Shown: piece after piece, positions 18,304-26,624 of the stretch
Numbering within the stretch: position 1 is the stretch's first letter
Layout: each line of letters starts with the position of its first letter
Origin: a virus
Virus record (IMG/VR): IMGVR_UViG_2548876926_000005
Reading direction: 5' to 3' (one strand)
Length of the DNA: 64,000 nucleotides
The notes under the pieces: model-generated
The model's database searches: none
Told to the model about the DNA's origin: nothing
The model's input: the letters and a program-made list of their open reading frames with translations, nothing else
Made by a program: the position numbers and the translations under genes

Positions 18304-19707
18304 GTGACCAAGCGGGTCAAGACGGCTATGCCGGTCGGCGAATCGGGCTACGTGACCCCGTTCGTCGACGGCTGGGTCAATTGGGATCCGTACGAAAAGG
18401 TTCCGGATCTGCAGCACCCGGCGTCGGTGGCGGTGTTCCTGGAGATGGACAACAACGACTCGCGTGTGTCCTCGCTGCTGGAGGCGATCAGCTTGCCGAT
18501 CGTCGAAACCGGTTGGCGTATCGACCCGAACGGCGCCGACGCCGAGGTCGTGCAGTTCATTTCGCGGAACATGAATCTTCCGGTTGTCGGGTTCGATGAG
18601 GTCGACGACCCCGGCCGCTCACGTGGCAGGTTTTCCTGGATTGACCATCTGCGCGAGGTCGCCTCGCCGACAGCGCAGTTTGGGCACGCCGTATTCGAGC
18701 AGGTGTATCGACGCGAGGCGGACGGGCGGTTCGTACTGCGCAAGCTGGGGCCGCGCCCGCAGTGGACGATTCAGAAGTTCAACGTCGCGATGGATGGCGG
18801 GCTGGATTCGATCACGCAGCTGGCGCCGGCGTCTTCGGGGCGCACCTTGTATGGGCCGACGCCGCTGGATATTCCGATCAACAGGCTTGTGGTGTACACG
18901 CGCAACAAGCGACCGGGCTACTGGCAGGGCCGTTCGATTCTGCGATCGAGCTACAAGCATTGGCTGCTGAAAAACGAGCTGCTGCGCATCGAGGTTGTGG
19001 CCGCACGCCGCAACGGTATGGGTGTGCCGGTCGGCACCGCATCCAAGCCGAACGACGACGCCGAGGTCAAGGCGATGCAGAAGGTTGCCTCGGAGTTTCA
19101 GGGCGGCATGGGATCTGGTGTCGGACTCGCCCAGGGACAGTCACTGGCGCTGCTGGGCGTACAGGGCAACCTGCCCGACATCCGGGCGGCAATCGTGTAC
19201 CACGACAAGGCAATCGCGCTGGCCGGGCTGGCGCAATACATGAACCTGGACACCGGCGGAAGCTACGCGCTGGCCGCGGTCCAGGAACGACCGTTCGTGC
19301 AGGCCGAGAATGCCGCCGCCAAGTCGTATCGCGACATCGGTCAGGCGCACATCATCGAGGATCTGGTCGACATCAACTTCGGCGTCGAGGCCCGCACCCC
19401 GCGGCTGGTGTTCGACAAGATCGGATCGCAGCAGGACGCGACCGCCGCGGCGCTGAAGATGTTCGTCGAGGCAGGGCTATTGGCGCCGGATCTGCGGATC
19501 GAACGCGCCTTGCGCCAATCGCTGGACCTGCCGGCCAAACCCGACGCGAACGACCCGGACGCCGCACCCCCGAAAGAACCTGACGCGCCAGCGGTCCCGG
19601 ATGACGCCGTGGATCCAAGCCCTGCCGCGCAGGCAGTGGCCGACGTCGAGGCGATGCGCGAATTCCTACATCCATTCAGCAAGTCCGGGCAAGGGAGGTT
19701 GTTCTGA
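18304..19707 (+). CDS. Portal protein (Mu gp29/DUF935-like)
   Basis: Position, 467 aa, FGHAVFEQVY, GRSILR, GGSYAL. Confidence 0.9.
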   Translation: MTKRVKTAMPVGESGYVTPFVDGWVNWDPYEKVPDLQHPASVAVFLEMDNNDSRVSSLLEAISLPIVETGWRIDPNGADAEVVQFISRNMNLPVVGFDEVDDPGRSRGRFSWIDHLREVASPTAQFGHAVFEQVYRREADGRFVLRKLGPRPQWTIQKFNVAMDGGLDSITQLAPASSGRTLYGPTPLDIPINRLVVYTRNKRPGYWQGRSILRSSYKHWLLKNELLRIEVVAARRNGMGVPVGTASKPNDDAEVKAMQKVASEFQGGMGSGVGLAQGQSLALLGVQGNLPDIRAAIVYHDKAIALAGLAQYMNLDTGGSYALAAVQERPFVQAENAAAKSYRDIGQAHIIEDLVDINFGVEARTPRLVFDKIGSQQDATAAALKMFVEAGLLAPDLRIERALRQSLDLPAKPDANDPDAAPPKEPDAPAVPDDAVDPSPAAQAVADVEAMREFLHPFSKSGQGRLF

Positions 19708-20963
19708 TGGCCCGCGAAAACCGTGAGTGGTACAAGTTCACCGTCGCGAAAGCCGCATCGGCTGAGGATAAACCGACGGCCACGCTGCACATCTACGACG
19801 AAATCGACTCGTGGTTCGGTGTCAACGCCGAAGCGCTGGTCGTCGAAATCTCAGCGCTTGATCCGGAGACCGAACTGACCGTGCGGGTCAACTCGCCGGG
19901 CGGCAACGCGTTCGACGGCATCAACATCGCCAACGCCATCATGCGCCACCCCGGTAAGACCACCACCTACATCGACGGGCTGGCCGCGTCGGCTGCCAGC
20001 GTGATCGCGGTCGCCAGCGATGAGGTCGTGGTGTCCAAGTATGGGCAGGCCATGGTGCATGATGCCCGCTCTGGCCAGTACGGCACCGCGAAGGATCTAC
20101 GCAGCGTCGCCGATCACCTGGAGAAACTGTCGGCCAGTTACGCGAAGCTGTACGCCGACCGTGCCGGCGGGACCGTCGAGGACTGGGCGCAGGCGATGGC
20201 GGACGAAACCTGGTACACCGCCGAAGAAATGGTCGCAGCTGGACTTGCCAGCCGTATCGACGATTCGGGTGCGCGCGCCGATACCGAGAAGGCAGTCGCG
20301 TCGGCGATGGCCTGCTCGTCTTACAAGTTCAAGTACTTCGGCCGTCCGGCCGCACCCGCGCCGGTGGCGCGGGCCGACAACGCTGGGGCGTGTGCTTCGG
20401 CGAATATCTCGAAGGAGGGCCCCGTGCCTGACATCAAGGAGGACGTCGCCAAGCGGCTCGGTCTAGGACCGGACGCCACCGACGAAGAGGTGCTAGCCGC
20501 ACTCGACAAGCTGGCCAGTACCGAACAGGAAGACACCGACGAAGACACCACCACCACCGAGGGCGACTCCGCCGGGGCCGGTGCCGGAACTGCCGTCGAC
20601 GGTAAGGAACTGGTTGCTGCGGCAGCCAAGGCCGGTTTGGTGCTGATGGATCCGGCGCGGGTAGCCAAGCTCGAATCCGATGCTGCCGCAGGCGCACTGG
20701 CACGCCAGACGCAGGTAGCGGAGGCGCACGCCAAGGTCGTCGACGCCGCGGTCGCCAAGGGCAAGATCACGGCGCCTCGCCGCGACCATTTCCTGGCGCT
20801 GATGAAGGCGGACCCGGAAGGCACTACAGCCCTGCTGGATTCGATTCCGGCTGAGACCGCAGTACCGCTGACCGAAGTCGGTCACGGTACCGAAGCGCAG
20901 GCATCGGCCAGCGCCGAAGACGAAATCCGCAACGATCCTCGATTCAAGAATTGGAGCTTCTGA
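19707..20963 (+). CDS. ClpP-type capsid maturation protease fused to scaffold domain
   Basis: NSPGG, GLAASAASVI, MVH, ETW; Ala-rich C-terminal half. Confidence 0.92.
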   Translation: MARENREWYKFTVAKAASAEDKPTATLHIYDEIDSWFGVNAEALVVEISALDPETELTVRVNSPGGNAFDGINIANAIMRHPGKTTTYIDGLAASAASVIAVASDEVVVSKYGQAMVHDARSGQYGTAKDLRSVADHLEKLSASYAKLYADRAGGTVEDWAQAMADETWYTAEEMVAAGLASRIDDSGARADTEKAVASAMACSSYKFKYFGRPAAPAPVARADNAGACASANISKEGPVPDIKEDVAKRLGLGPDATDEEVLAALDKLASTEQEDTDEDTTTTEGDSAGAGAGTAVDGKELVAAAAKAGLVLMDPARVAKLESDAAAGALARQTQVAEAHAKVVDAAVAKGKITAPRRDHFLALMKADPEGTTALLDSIPAETAVPLTEVGHGTEAQASASAEDEIRNDPRFKNWSF

Positions 20964-20964
20964 C

Positions 20965-21417
20965 ATGCCCGGAATTCCTCAGGTCACCAAGACCGGACCG
21001 CGGACATACACCCCAAAGGCTGGCGTTTCGATCAAGGGCGGACAGCTCGTAGAAGGTGTCACCGGTGGCCGGATTCAGCCCGCCGCAGCGGGTTCGTTCA
21101 AGGTTGTCGGCGTCGCATTGACGGACGCGATCGCGCCCGAAGACCTGGTGCTGGCGCCGACCACTGGCGGCGACGGGCGCCCTGTGCTGAACACAGCGGT
21201 GCTGCCGACCAAGGTGGCGTGCGCATATGGCGGGGCCGAAGTGCCTGTCACCTATGCGGCGGACGCGGCGTTCGGAGAGCTGCTGATCGCAGCTGCGAAC
21301 GGCACCGTAACGCCCGCCGGTGCGACACCGGACGCCCGAACCATCGTCGGGCGCTGCACCGAACCGGGTGGCGTCGTCGTAGCAACCAAGGCCGTCGGCC
21401 TCATCCGGACCGTCTGA
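20965..21417 (+). CDS. Capsid decoration/cement protein
   Basis: Between protease and capsid; VVGVAL..IVGR beta-rich pattern. Confidence 0.75.
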   Translation: MPGIPQVTKTGPRTYTPKAGVSIKGGQLVEGVTGGRIQPAAAGSFKVVGVALTDAIAPEDLVLAPTTGGDGRPVLNTAVLPTKVACAYGGAEVPVTYAADAAFGELLIAAANGTVTPAGATPDARTIVGRCTEPGGVVVATKAVGLIRTV

Positions 21418-21449
21418 GCCGGACTGAAATAGCAAGGGAGACAGAAACA

Positions 21450-22394
21450 ATGCCTACAACCCCTATCGTCAGCATCAGCGACGGGCCCCGGCTCACGGTG
21501 TCGGAAATGGTCGGAAATCCGCTGTTCATTCCGACGAAGATCAAGGAGCTGCTGACCAACGTTTTCATCACGCAAACGTTGTTCCGTAACGGCGGCGGCA
21601 ATAAGAACGGCCTGGTTGCGTACCGGCAGGGCGACCCGATCTTCCTGGACGGTGAGCCTGAGGACGTCGCCGAGTTCGGCGACATCCCGGTCGCGGCCGG
21701 CCGCAAGGGCACCGCACTGTTCGCCGTGGCGAACAAGAAGGGCCTGGGCGTCCGCGTCTCGAAGGAGATGCGGGACGAGGATGACATCGACAGCGTCAAC
21801 CTGCAGATCACGCAGTTGGTCAACACGTTCAAGCGTTCCGATGATCGTGTGTTCCGTGCGTTGACTCAGTCCAGCGCGGTACCGACGATGGCGGTTTCTG
21901 CGGCGTGGGATACCGCCAACGGAAACCCGCGTGGCGACATCGCGCGTGCGATCGAAAAGGTCATCAACGCGGCTCCCTCTATTGCCGAAGGCGGAAGCGC
22001 CGAGGAATGGTACGGATTCCAGCCCGACACAATGGTGATGAACCCCGGCCTGCTGCCGATCCTGTTGGACAACGACAAATTCAACAAGGTCTACCAGGGC
22101 AACGTCGCCAATGAGCACATCGCCTACACCGGCAAGCTGCCCGGCAAGGTGTACGACCTGGACATCCTGGGCGCACGCGGATATCCCACTGACCGGATCT
22201 GGATCGGGCAGAAGGGCGTCACAGGGTTTTACTCGGATACCCGCCCGTTCCAAGTCACCGGCCTGTACCCGGAGGGTAACGGACCCAACGGCGGACCGAC
22301 CGAGTCGTTCCGTTGCGACGCGACCCGTAAGACCGCTTACGCGTTGGATCAGCCGAAGGCGGGTATCTGGCTGACCGGGTTGGTGACCCCGTGA
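21450..22394 (+). CDS. Major capsid protein
   Basis: Position, 314 aa, VAEFGDIP. Confidence 0.88.
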   Translation: MPTTPIVSISDGPRLTVSEMVGNPLFIPTKIKELLTNVFITQTLFRNGGGNKNGLVAYRQGDPIFLDGEPEDVAEFGDIPVAAGRKGTALFAVANKKGLGVRVSKEMRDEDDIDSVNLQITQLVNTFKRSDDRVFRALTQSSAVPTMAVSAAWDTANGNPRGDIARAIEKVINAAPSIAEGGSAEEWYGFQPDTMVMNPGLLPILLDNDKFNKVYQGNVANEHIAYTGKLPGKVYDLDILGARGYPTDRIWIGQKGVTGFYSDTRPFQVTGLYPEGNGPNGGPTESFRCDATRKTAYALDQPKAGIWLTGLVTP

Positions 22395-22810
22395 CAGCCG
22401 AATACGTACTGACAGCGGATTTCTTGCGTCGCCTGGACGACAAGGGAGTGTGGCGCGAGCTTAAGCGCGGCGCCGTCCTCTCTGACCTCGATGACGACGA
22501 CGTCCGCCGCCTCACCGCGGCGGGCGCCATCGTCGACCGGGAGTCGTACGAACGGGCACAGGCCGAAGCCGAGGCCGCAGCGCAAGCGGCAGCCGAAGCG
22601 CTTGCCGATGACGGCGATGACGAAACAGCCGGTGGTGGAGGCGGCGAGGGCGGTTGGGATGCGGTGGTGTTGGCACCTGGCGACGGCATCGAGCGGCCCA
22701 AGTCGGCGCACTCCACTGAGGTGTGGCGGCAGTACGCCATCGCACGCGGTATCCCCGCCGATCAGGCCGCGAAGATGAGCAAAACTCAGATCAAGGCTGC
22801 GACAAGGTAA
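22391..22810 (+). CDS. Head-associated hypothetical protein
   Basis: GTGA coupling; C-terminal RPK...W..YA...K small helical motif. Confidence 0.75.
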   Translation: MTAEYVLTADFLRRLDDKGVWRELKRGAVLSDLDDDDVRRLTAAGAIVDRESYERAQAEAEAAAQAAAEALADDGDDETAGGGGGEGGWDAVVLAPGDGIERPKSAHSTEVWRQYAIARGIPADQAAKMSKTQIKAATR

Positions 22811-22816
22811 CTGGCC

Positions 22817-23212
22817 GTGGCAGAGGTAACGCCGTTCCTGACCGTCACCGAATTCGAGGGCATGTTCCGCCCTCTATCGGCGACGGAACAGGCACTCGCC
22901 GAGATATTGGTTCGGGCAGCCGCCGCATGGATCCGTGATCCTTCGCGGCTGCCCGACCTGCCGGCGTCCGACGAGCGCGGCAAGCTCGTCACCTACGACG
23001 TCGTCAAGGCCATGTTCGGCCCCGAAGGCGTCACCGATTCTCGGGTGACGGAACTGACCCGCACCACCGATGACCGCACTCTCACGGTCAAATTGGCGCA
23101 AGCCGCCGAAATGCTGGACTTCACCGAACGCCACCTACAGATGCTTGGCCTATCACTGACCGCGGCGCCGCAAGCCACATTCACCGGATACGCGCAGGCC
23201 GAGCCATGGTGA
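22817..23212 (+). CDS. Head-to-tail adaptor
   Basis: Position; F.T..E...RPLS..E...A..L. Confidence 0.75.
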   Translation: MAEVTPFLTVTEFEGMFRPLSATEQALAEILVRAAAAWIRDPSRLPDLPASDERGKLVTYDVVKAMFGPEGVTDSRVTELTRTTDDRTLTVKLAQAAEMLDFTERHLQMLGLSLTAAPQATFTGYAQAEPW

Positions 23213-23892
23213 GCATGTTTGATCCTGGACCCGACACCGTCACGCTGGTCAAGCGCGACCCGGTAACCGACGCTGGCGCGCCGGTCGTTGACGCGTGGGG
23301 CCGGCCCACCTACACCGAGCGCCGTATCCCCAAGGGCCGGTGCAGCTGGGCTGAGCACCCGGCGTTCGAAGACATCGCCGGCACACAGGTCGCGGTCATC
23401 AACGCGGTCGGCCACCTGATCGTGGACGCAGACACCGAAACGCTTACAGCTCGTGACGCCGTCGAGTTCGGTGACCGGCTGTTCGAAATGCAGGGGCCGG
23501 GTGTGCGCCGCGACGCCCTGGACGGCAACCCTAGTCACGTGCGGGCAGAGGCCCGGTTCTGTGAAGACGTCAGCCTCGGCGAGCAGGTCACCATCATCGC
23601 TGCCGGCCGACGCGGCGACCGCGGCACCGTTGAACCCGACGGCGATCCGGTCACGGTCATCGCGCGAGCTGTCCTGGTGGGTAATCAGCGGCAGCGGTTC
23701 GGGGACACCGGCGAAGTCATCGCCGCCGCATTCACCGTCGTCCTGGACCTCGATGTGCAGATACGAGACAACGACTGGTTGATCATTCGCGGCCGCGAGT
23801 GCCGCGCGCTGGTCGGTGTGCAGCTGTCCCAGTGGGCCGACCGCAATCAGCTGGTGGTGCTGGCGCAATCGGCGAAGGGCGGCATCAACTGA
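23206..23892 (+). CDS. Head-to-tail stopper, apparently two tandem domains
   Basis: Position; two halves each start G..VT(L/I) and contain D....G. Confidence 0.7.
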   Translation: MVSMFDPGPDTVTLVKRDPVTDAGAPVVDAWGRPTYTERRIPKGRCSWAEHPAFEDIAGTQVAVINAVGHLIVDADTETLTARDAVEFGDRLFEMQGPGVRRDALDGNPSHVRAEARFCEDVSLGEQVTIIAAGRRGDRGTVEPDGDPVTVIARAVLVGNQRQRFGDTGEVIAAAFTVVLDLDVQIRDNDWLIIRGRECRALVGVQLSQWADRNQLVVLAQSAKGGIN

Positions 23893-24134
23893 TGGCACCG
23901 CAAGGCAAGTTCCGGTTGAACAAGAAAACGGTCGCCCATATCGCGAAGTACGACAAGGGCCTCGGCGCGGCGCTGGACGCGGTCGCGAACCCGGCAGCGG
24001 AGAACGCCGGCGCCACGGTCGATGAGTACGTCACCGACCGGCAAGTCCGCGGTATCTACGGCAAGAAGGAAGACCAGGCCAAGCACGGTGCGGTGTCGAA
24101 AGCGTTCGGGCGCTTGGGGTTGAGGCTGCGATGA
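23892..24134 (+). CDS. Neck/tail completion protein
   Basis: Position, TGATG coupling. Confidence 0.7.
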   Translation: MAPQGKFRLNKKTVAHIAKYDKGLGAALDAVANPAAENAGATVDEYVTDRQVRGIYGKKEDQAKHGAVSKAFGRLGLRLR

Positions 24135-24553
24135 GAGAGCACGCAGATATCCGCAACGCGTTCGCCGACGCGCTGGAGGCTTTCGTGGCGCTGCCGCCGA
24201 ACGTCGGCTTGTTCGGCGCCGTGTGCCGGGTATCGGTTGAGGAAGTGCCCCAAGACTGGAGCCTGCGCACCGGCCCGCCGCTGATCACCGTGCATGACGA
24301 CGGTGGCCCCGAACAGTGGCCCATCAAACGCGACCCGACGATCCGGATCACTGTGCGTGCCCGTGGCGCTGATCTGGCCGACAGGGTCGCGCGCCGCGTG
24401 CACGGCTATCTGCACGACAACCGCCCGCCAGGGGTCGCGCACATTTTCCGCACCGGCGGAAGCGTGTTCGTCACCGCACGGGACACCGACACCGGCGCCG
24501 ACATGGCGTCGTTCACCGTCACAGCGGCGGTGCGCACCATCGAAACCGTCTAA
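24131..24553 (+). CDS. Tail terminator
   Basis: Position; P.ITVHDDGG...IRITVRA. Confidence 0.8.
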   Translation: MREHADIRNAFADALEAFVALPPNVGLFGAVCRVSVEEVPQDWSLRTGPPLITVHDDGGPEQWPIKRDPTIRITVRARGADLADRVARRVHGYLHDNRPPGVAHIFRTGGSVFVTARDTDTGADMASFTVTAAVRTIETV

Positions 24554-24573
24554 GAGACAAGGAGACAGCACCA

Positions 24574-25116
24574 ATGGCTGGCAATCCCGACAATGTGAAG
24601 CTCTATACCGAGGCCGACGTACTGCTGTGGATGGGTTCGGCGGCACCGACTACAGCGGATCTACCCGCAGCCATCACCGATCCGTTCGTGACGACCACCG
24701 GCAAGTGGGCGTTCCTCGGCCTGCTGGTGGGCGATGCGGGTATCGATACTCAGCGCGAATGGGACGAGAAGGACATCCCGGCATGGGGTTACGGCACGAT
24801 CATCGTCGCCTCGAAGGACTTCAAGCTCACCCGCAAGGTGTCCGCGCTGGAGGATAACCCGGCGATGCAGCGGATCCTGTGGAACGGCTCGACCGAAACC
24901 GAAATCGTTGTGCCGAATCCGCTGTATGAGTACGTGGCGTTCGAGAAGCGCACCGCCAGCGGCGAAATCCGCCGCGAGATTTCCAAGCGGCCGGCGCGGT
25001 TCTGGACGCCGAACATCAAGGACGCTGAAGGCGATGCGACTCCCCGCGAAATCGAGTGCCGGATCTTCCCGGACTCTGCCCGCAAGCTGTTCGCCGCGCA
25101 GCAGACCGCCGCATAG
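24574..25116 (+). CDS. Major tail tube protein
   Basis: AAGGAG RBS; W..LG...DAGI...AWG. Confidence 0.88.
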   Translation: MAGNPDNVKLYTEADVLLWMGSAAPTTADLPAAITDPFVTTTGKWAFLGLLVGDAGIDTQREWDEKDIPAWGYGTIIVASKDFKLTRKVSALEDNPAMQRILWNGSTETEIVVPNPLYEYVAFEKRTASGEIRREISKRPARFWTPNIKDAEGDATPREIECRIFPDSARKLFAAQQTAA

Positions 25117-25131
25117 AAAGGGGCACCCGAA

Positions 25132-25422
25132 GTGAAGACAATCGAGTTGCTTGTCAACAAGCCCGAATTCCTTAAGGGCTCGATCATCACGGTCGACGAC
25201 GTGTCGGCTGCGGCGCTGATCGGGAAGGAAGAGGCCAAGCCCTACGAGCCGGCAGAGGACGGCGGCGAAGACACCGACGCCGCACAGCCGAAGGTTAAGC
25301 GGGGGCGTCGCAGCCGAGGCACGTCGCAGTCGGTGAACGTGGCCGAAGCGGATATGCCGAACACCGAAGCCGATACCGGCGACGGTGAGGTCGACGGTGA
25401 AGGTGGCGGCGAAAACGTCTGA
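25132..25422 (+). CDS. Hypothetical acidic protein
   Basis: AAAGGGG RBS. Confidence 0.7.
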   Translation: MKTIELLVNKPEFLKGSIITVDDVSAAALIGKEEAKPYEPAEDGGEDTDAAQPKVKRGRRSRGTSQSVNVAEADMPNTEADTGDGEVDGEGGGENV

Positions 25423-26137
25423 GGCTGCACGGCTAGAAGCGCTGGGCGCCACCGAAGCCGAAGCACTGTTCCGCGGCCACACCATCCGGGTTCCCCTGAA
25501 CCTGGAGGTGTGGCCGCTCAATCTTGTACGCGAACACCCTTTCAACGCTGTCGATTACCTGCTGGACGGGCAGGAATGCGGACTCTACGACGACGCGACG
25601 GTCGATGACTACCGCGAGCTGTCCGACGCGATGGCTGACGCCGTGGGGGTGTCACGGCTGCCGGAAACACCGGCCGCGCCGGATCAATGGTTCGGCGGGA
25701 TACCGACATTGGTCAACATCTTGGACCGATTCGAGGACGATCTAGCCAGCGATCTGCAGCGTTTCTGGGGTGTGGAGTATGCCGAACGGTTCACGGGCAC
25801 TTTGTCGTTGCGCCGGATATGGACCTACATTCGTCGTCTCGATCCGGCGTCGTCGATCGTGCGAGCCCAGAACGGTGGCAAAGAACAATGGACGGAACAG
25901 ATGTTCATTCTTGCGTCCGTATATCAGGCACTTACAGGGGAAATATATCCCGGTCGCCCGCTGCGGCCTCATGAGGTAGCAAAAGCTCTCGAAGCTATGC
26001 AAGCGAAAGCTGATCATGTCGCTAACTTGAAGGAACGCCAAGCCGCGTACGCCGCGAAATCGTCGCCCGCAGCGCCAGCGGTCTCGGCTATGGAACAGGC
26101 AGTAGCGAACCGGCGACACGAACTAGGAAAACGCTGA
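25403..26137 (+). CDS. Tail assembly chaperone, in-frame G-T-like fusion
   Basis: N-half resembles 26143-26442; C-half DLQRFWG...SLRRI...W...ILA; start uncertain. Confidence 0.7.
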   Translation: MAAKTSEAARLEALGATEAEALFRGHTIRVPLNLEVWPLNLVREHPFNAVDYLLDGQECGLYDDATVDDYRELSDAMADAVGVSRLPETPAAPDQWFGGIPTLVNILDRFEDDLASDLQRFWGVEYAERFTGTLSLRRIWTYIRRLDPASSIVRAQNGGKEQWTEQMFILASVYQALTGEIYPGRPLRPHEVAKALEAMQAKADHVANLKERQAAYAAKSSPAAPAVSAMEQAVANRRHELGKR

Positions 26138-26142
26138 ACACC

Positions 26143-26442
26143 ATGGCCAACAACACCCGCAACAAGTCCACAGAAACCGCCGACGACCAGACCGACCCCG
26201 ACAAGGCGACCGTCGATCTGGTCTGGGAGGGACTGAAGTTCACCATCCCGAAGCGCCGTGGCCGCTGGCCTGTCAGTGCCCTACGCGATTTCGCGCGCGG
26301 CCGGAACTACGAAGCCGTGGTGACCCTGCTCGGCGGCGAGGAGCAATGGCAGCAACTAGTCGAGAAATGCCCGACCGGCGACGACTTCGACAAGTTCGTC
26401 GACTACGTGCGCGACGTCGTCAAGAAGGAGTGCACGCTGTGA
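26143..26442 (+). CDS. Tail assembly chaperone G-like
   Basis: Position before tape measure; LLG.EQW...PT..DF. Confidence 0.75.
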   Translation: MANNTRNKSTETADDQTDPDKATVDLVWEGLKFTIPKRRGRWPVSALRDFARGRNYEAVVTLLGGEEQWQQLVEKCPTGDDFDKFVDYVRDVVKKECTL

Positions 26443-26609
26443 AGCCCGGCGCCACGCGGTATCCGTGGCGCCGAATCAGAAGCCGCCCACGCATCCGTTT
26501 GTGGGACAACCAATTCCAATACATCACCGAAATCGAAACACCTCTGTATGTCGAGCCGTGGCCGAGGTGGCTACGGCGGATTGTGCGGCACGCGCTGCAC
26601 CTGAGGTAA
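26439..26609 (+). CDS. 56-aa mini-protein resembling the N-terminus of the minor tail protein at 31456
   Basis: GTGA coupling, AAGGAG upstream; PRIRLWDNQFQYI. Confidence 0.6.
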   Translation: MKPGATRYPWRRIRSRPRIRLWDNQFQYITEIETPLYVEPWPRWLRRIVRHALHLR

Positions 26610-26624
26610 GGCGGAAGCCACACC

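Noticed and set aside
25402..25422. -1 frameshift at GGCGAAAAC joining 25132-25422 to the next ORF
   Set aside because: The downstream ORF is in the +1 frame and the heptamer is not XXXYYYZ; a +1/-2 shift is not strictly excluded
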